Origin: Patescibacteria group bacterium
GTDB taxonomy: Bacteria; Patescibacteriota; UBA1384; 2-12-FULL-50-11
Direction: 5' to 3'
Length of the DNA: 64,000 nt
NCBI GenBank assembly: GCA_038058635.1
Contig: JBBUAP010000001.1
Location: 295,877 to 359,876, forward strand
The translations under genes and the position numbers were made by a program. The notes under the pieces are model-generated. The model saw nothing but the letters and a program-made list of their open reading frames with translations. It was not told where the DNA came from and ran no database searches. Below, one piece after another: positions 62,819 through 64,000 of this stretch (within the stretch, counting starts at the first letter, position 1; each line of letters starts with the position of its first letter).

Positions 62819-64000
62819 TGGAAGATTGTCATAGTCACAGCCAGCCAGACCATCAGAGCCATAGTGGCGGTCATCACGCCATGACGATGGATGACGCGGC
62901 AATGTTTTTGCGTCGGTTTTGGTATTCGACGGCACTGCTGGTACCGTTGCTGTTAGTTAGTAATGTTGGGGTTAAGTTTTTGGGCGTTCCAGATTTTGAC
63001 GGCCGAGGGTACGTTGGATTTGCTATCTCGACCATAATTTTCTACTTCTCCCTAATATTTTTTGAACACGCCACTCACGAAATAAAAGCCCGGAGTTACG
63101 GGATGATGACATTAGTATCTCTTGCCGTGGCCAGCGGTTTTCTTTTTTCCGTTGCTTCAACATTCATCCCCAGTTTTGGCGGAATGGAATTTTTCCTTGA
63201 GATTTCGACCTTAATTTGGGTGTTACTATTCGGCCACTACTTGGAAGCCAAATCCACTGCCGCGGCCGGGTCGGCCTTACAAGAAGTGGCGAAATTGTTA
63301 CCAAAAGAAGTTCACCTGCTTGTCAGCGGTCAAGCCCACGATGTGCCGCTAGAGCAGATTAAGCCCGGGGATATGGTGCTGGTTAAACCGGGCGAAAAGC
63401 TACCGGCCGATGGGGTGATCATTGAAGGCCAGGCCAATATGGACGAAGCGCTCATTACGGGCGAATCGAAACCAATTAGCAAAAAAACTGGCGACAAAGT
63501 TATCGCCGGTTCGATCTGTTTAGACGGCTCGCTAACAATAAAACTTGAAAAAGTCGGCCTTGATTCAACTGTTGGGCATATTCAGAAGTTGGTTGAGACC
63601 GCCCAGACCACTAAACCCCAACTTCAGTATCTCGCCGATCGGGTCGCCTCTCTTCTGACTTTTGTTGCCCTAGGTACAGCCATCGCCACTGTCCTGGTTT
63701 GGACTTTGGTGGAGGGACAGACATTCGCCTTTGCTCTAGCTTTGGCCGTAACGGTTCTGGTTATTGCCTGCCCGCACGCGTTGGGCTTAGCCATTCCAAC
63801 TGTTTCAACTACCGCCACCTCTCTTGCCTTGAAACATGGAATTTTTCTTAAATCTTTAAAAAAACTGGAAGCGGCTCGCAACATCACTTATGTCGCCTTT
63901 GATAAAACGGGCACTTTGACCGAAGGCAAACCCGCCGTCACCGATGTTGTCGGCGACCGCGAGAAAGTTCTAGCAATTGCCGCAGCATTGGAGCGCAGCT
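62818..64000 (+). CDS. P1B-type heavy-metal (copper, CopB-like) ATPase, 3'-truncated by the window
   Basis: His-rich start MEDCHSHSQPDHQSHSGGHH, TGES, ACPHALGLAIP, DKTGT at 63901. Confidence 0.93.
   Translation, partial: MEDCHSHSQPDHQSHSGGHHAMTMDDAAMFLRRFWYSTALLVPLLLVSNVGVKFLGVPDFDGRGYVGFAISTIIFYFSLIFFEHATHEIKARSYGMMTLVSLAVASGFLFSVASTFIPSFGGMEFFLEISTLIWVLLFGHYLEAKSTAAAGSALQEVAKLLPKEVHLLVSGQAHDVPLEQIKPGDMVLVKPGEKLPADGVIIEGQANMDEALITGESKPISKKTGDKVIAGSICLDGSLTIKLEKVGLDSTVGHIQKLVETAQTTKPQLQYLADRVASLLTFVALGTAIATVLVWTLVEGQTFAFALALAVTVLVIACPHALGLAIPTVSTTATSLALKHGIFLKSLKKLEAARNITYVAFDKTGTLTEGKPAVTDVVGDREKVLAIAAALERS

Overview
A 64-kb chromosomal segment from a small-genome bacterium, most likely Patescibacteria/CPR. 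This is inferred from the short AlaRS, the secG-oppA and ftsA-baseplateJ-ruvX-mltG gene orders, and pervasive leaderless-type promoters. The backbone carries housekeeping and envelope genes (comM, secG, alaS, ftsA-like, yqgF, mltG, mreBCD-mrdA, greA, serS, secA, ftsEX-CHAP), a pilin-linked glycosylation operon, six tRNAs, tmRNA and a CsoR/copper-ATPase cluster. The main non-obvious signals are: (1) a tandem island at the 3' end of tRNA-Glu (47283-54409) whose att crossover lies inside a large serine recombinase gene, so excision would swap the recombinase C-terminus and couple it to a recombinase-DNA-binding-domain-only gene; (2) four tRNAs with an ATG 2-4 nt after the discriminator base; (3) two homologous heptamer-repeat mini-ORF cassettes inside cell-division operons; (4) two MITE-like hairpin elements inserted at ATGA gene overlaps, plus a family of ~42-50 bp modules; (5) an XRE-HTH/Hsp20 fusion with a perfect operator inside its own promoter; (6) a free-standing LAGLIDADG gene between two tRNA-Leu. 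All calls come from reading the sequence by eye; no searches were run.
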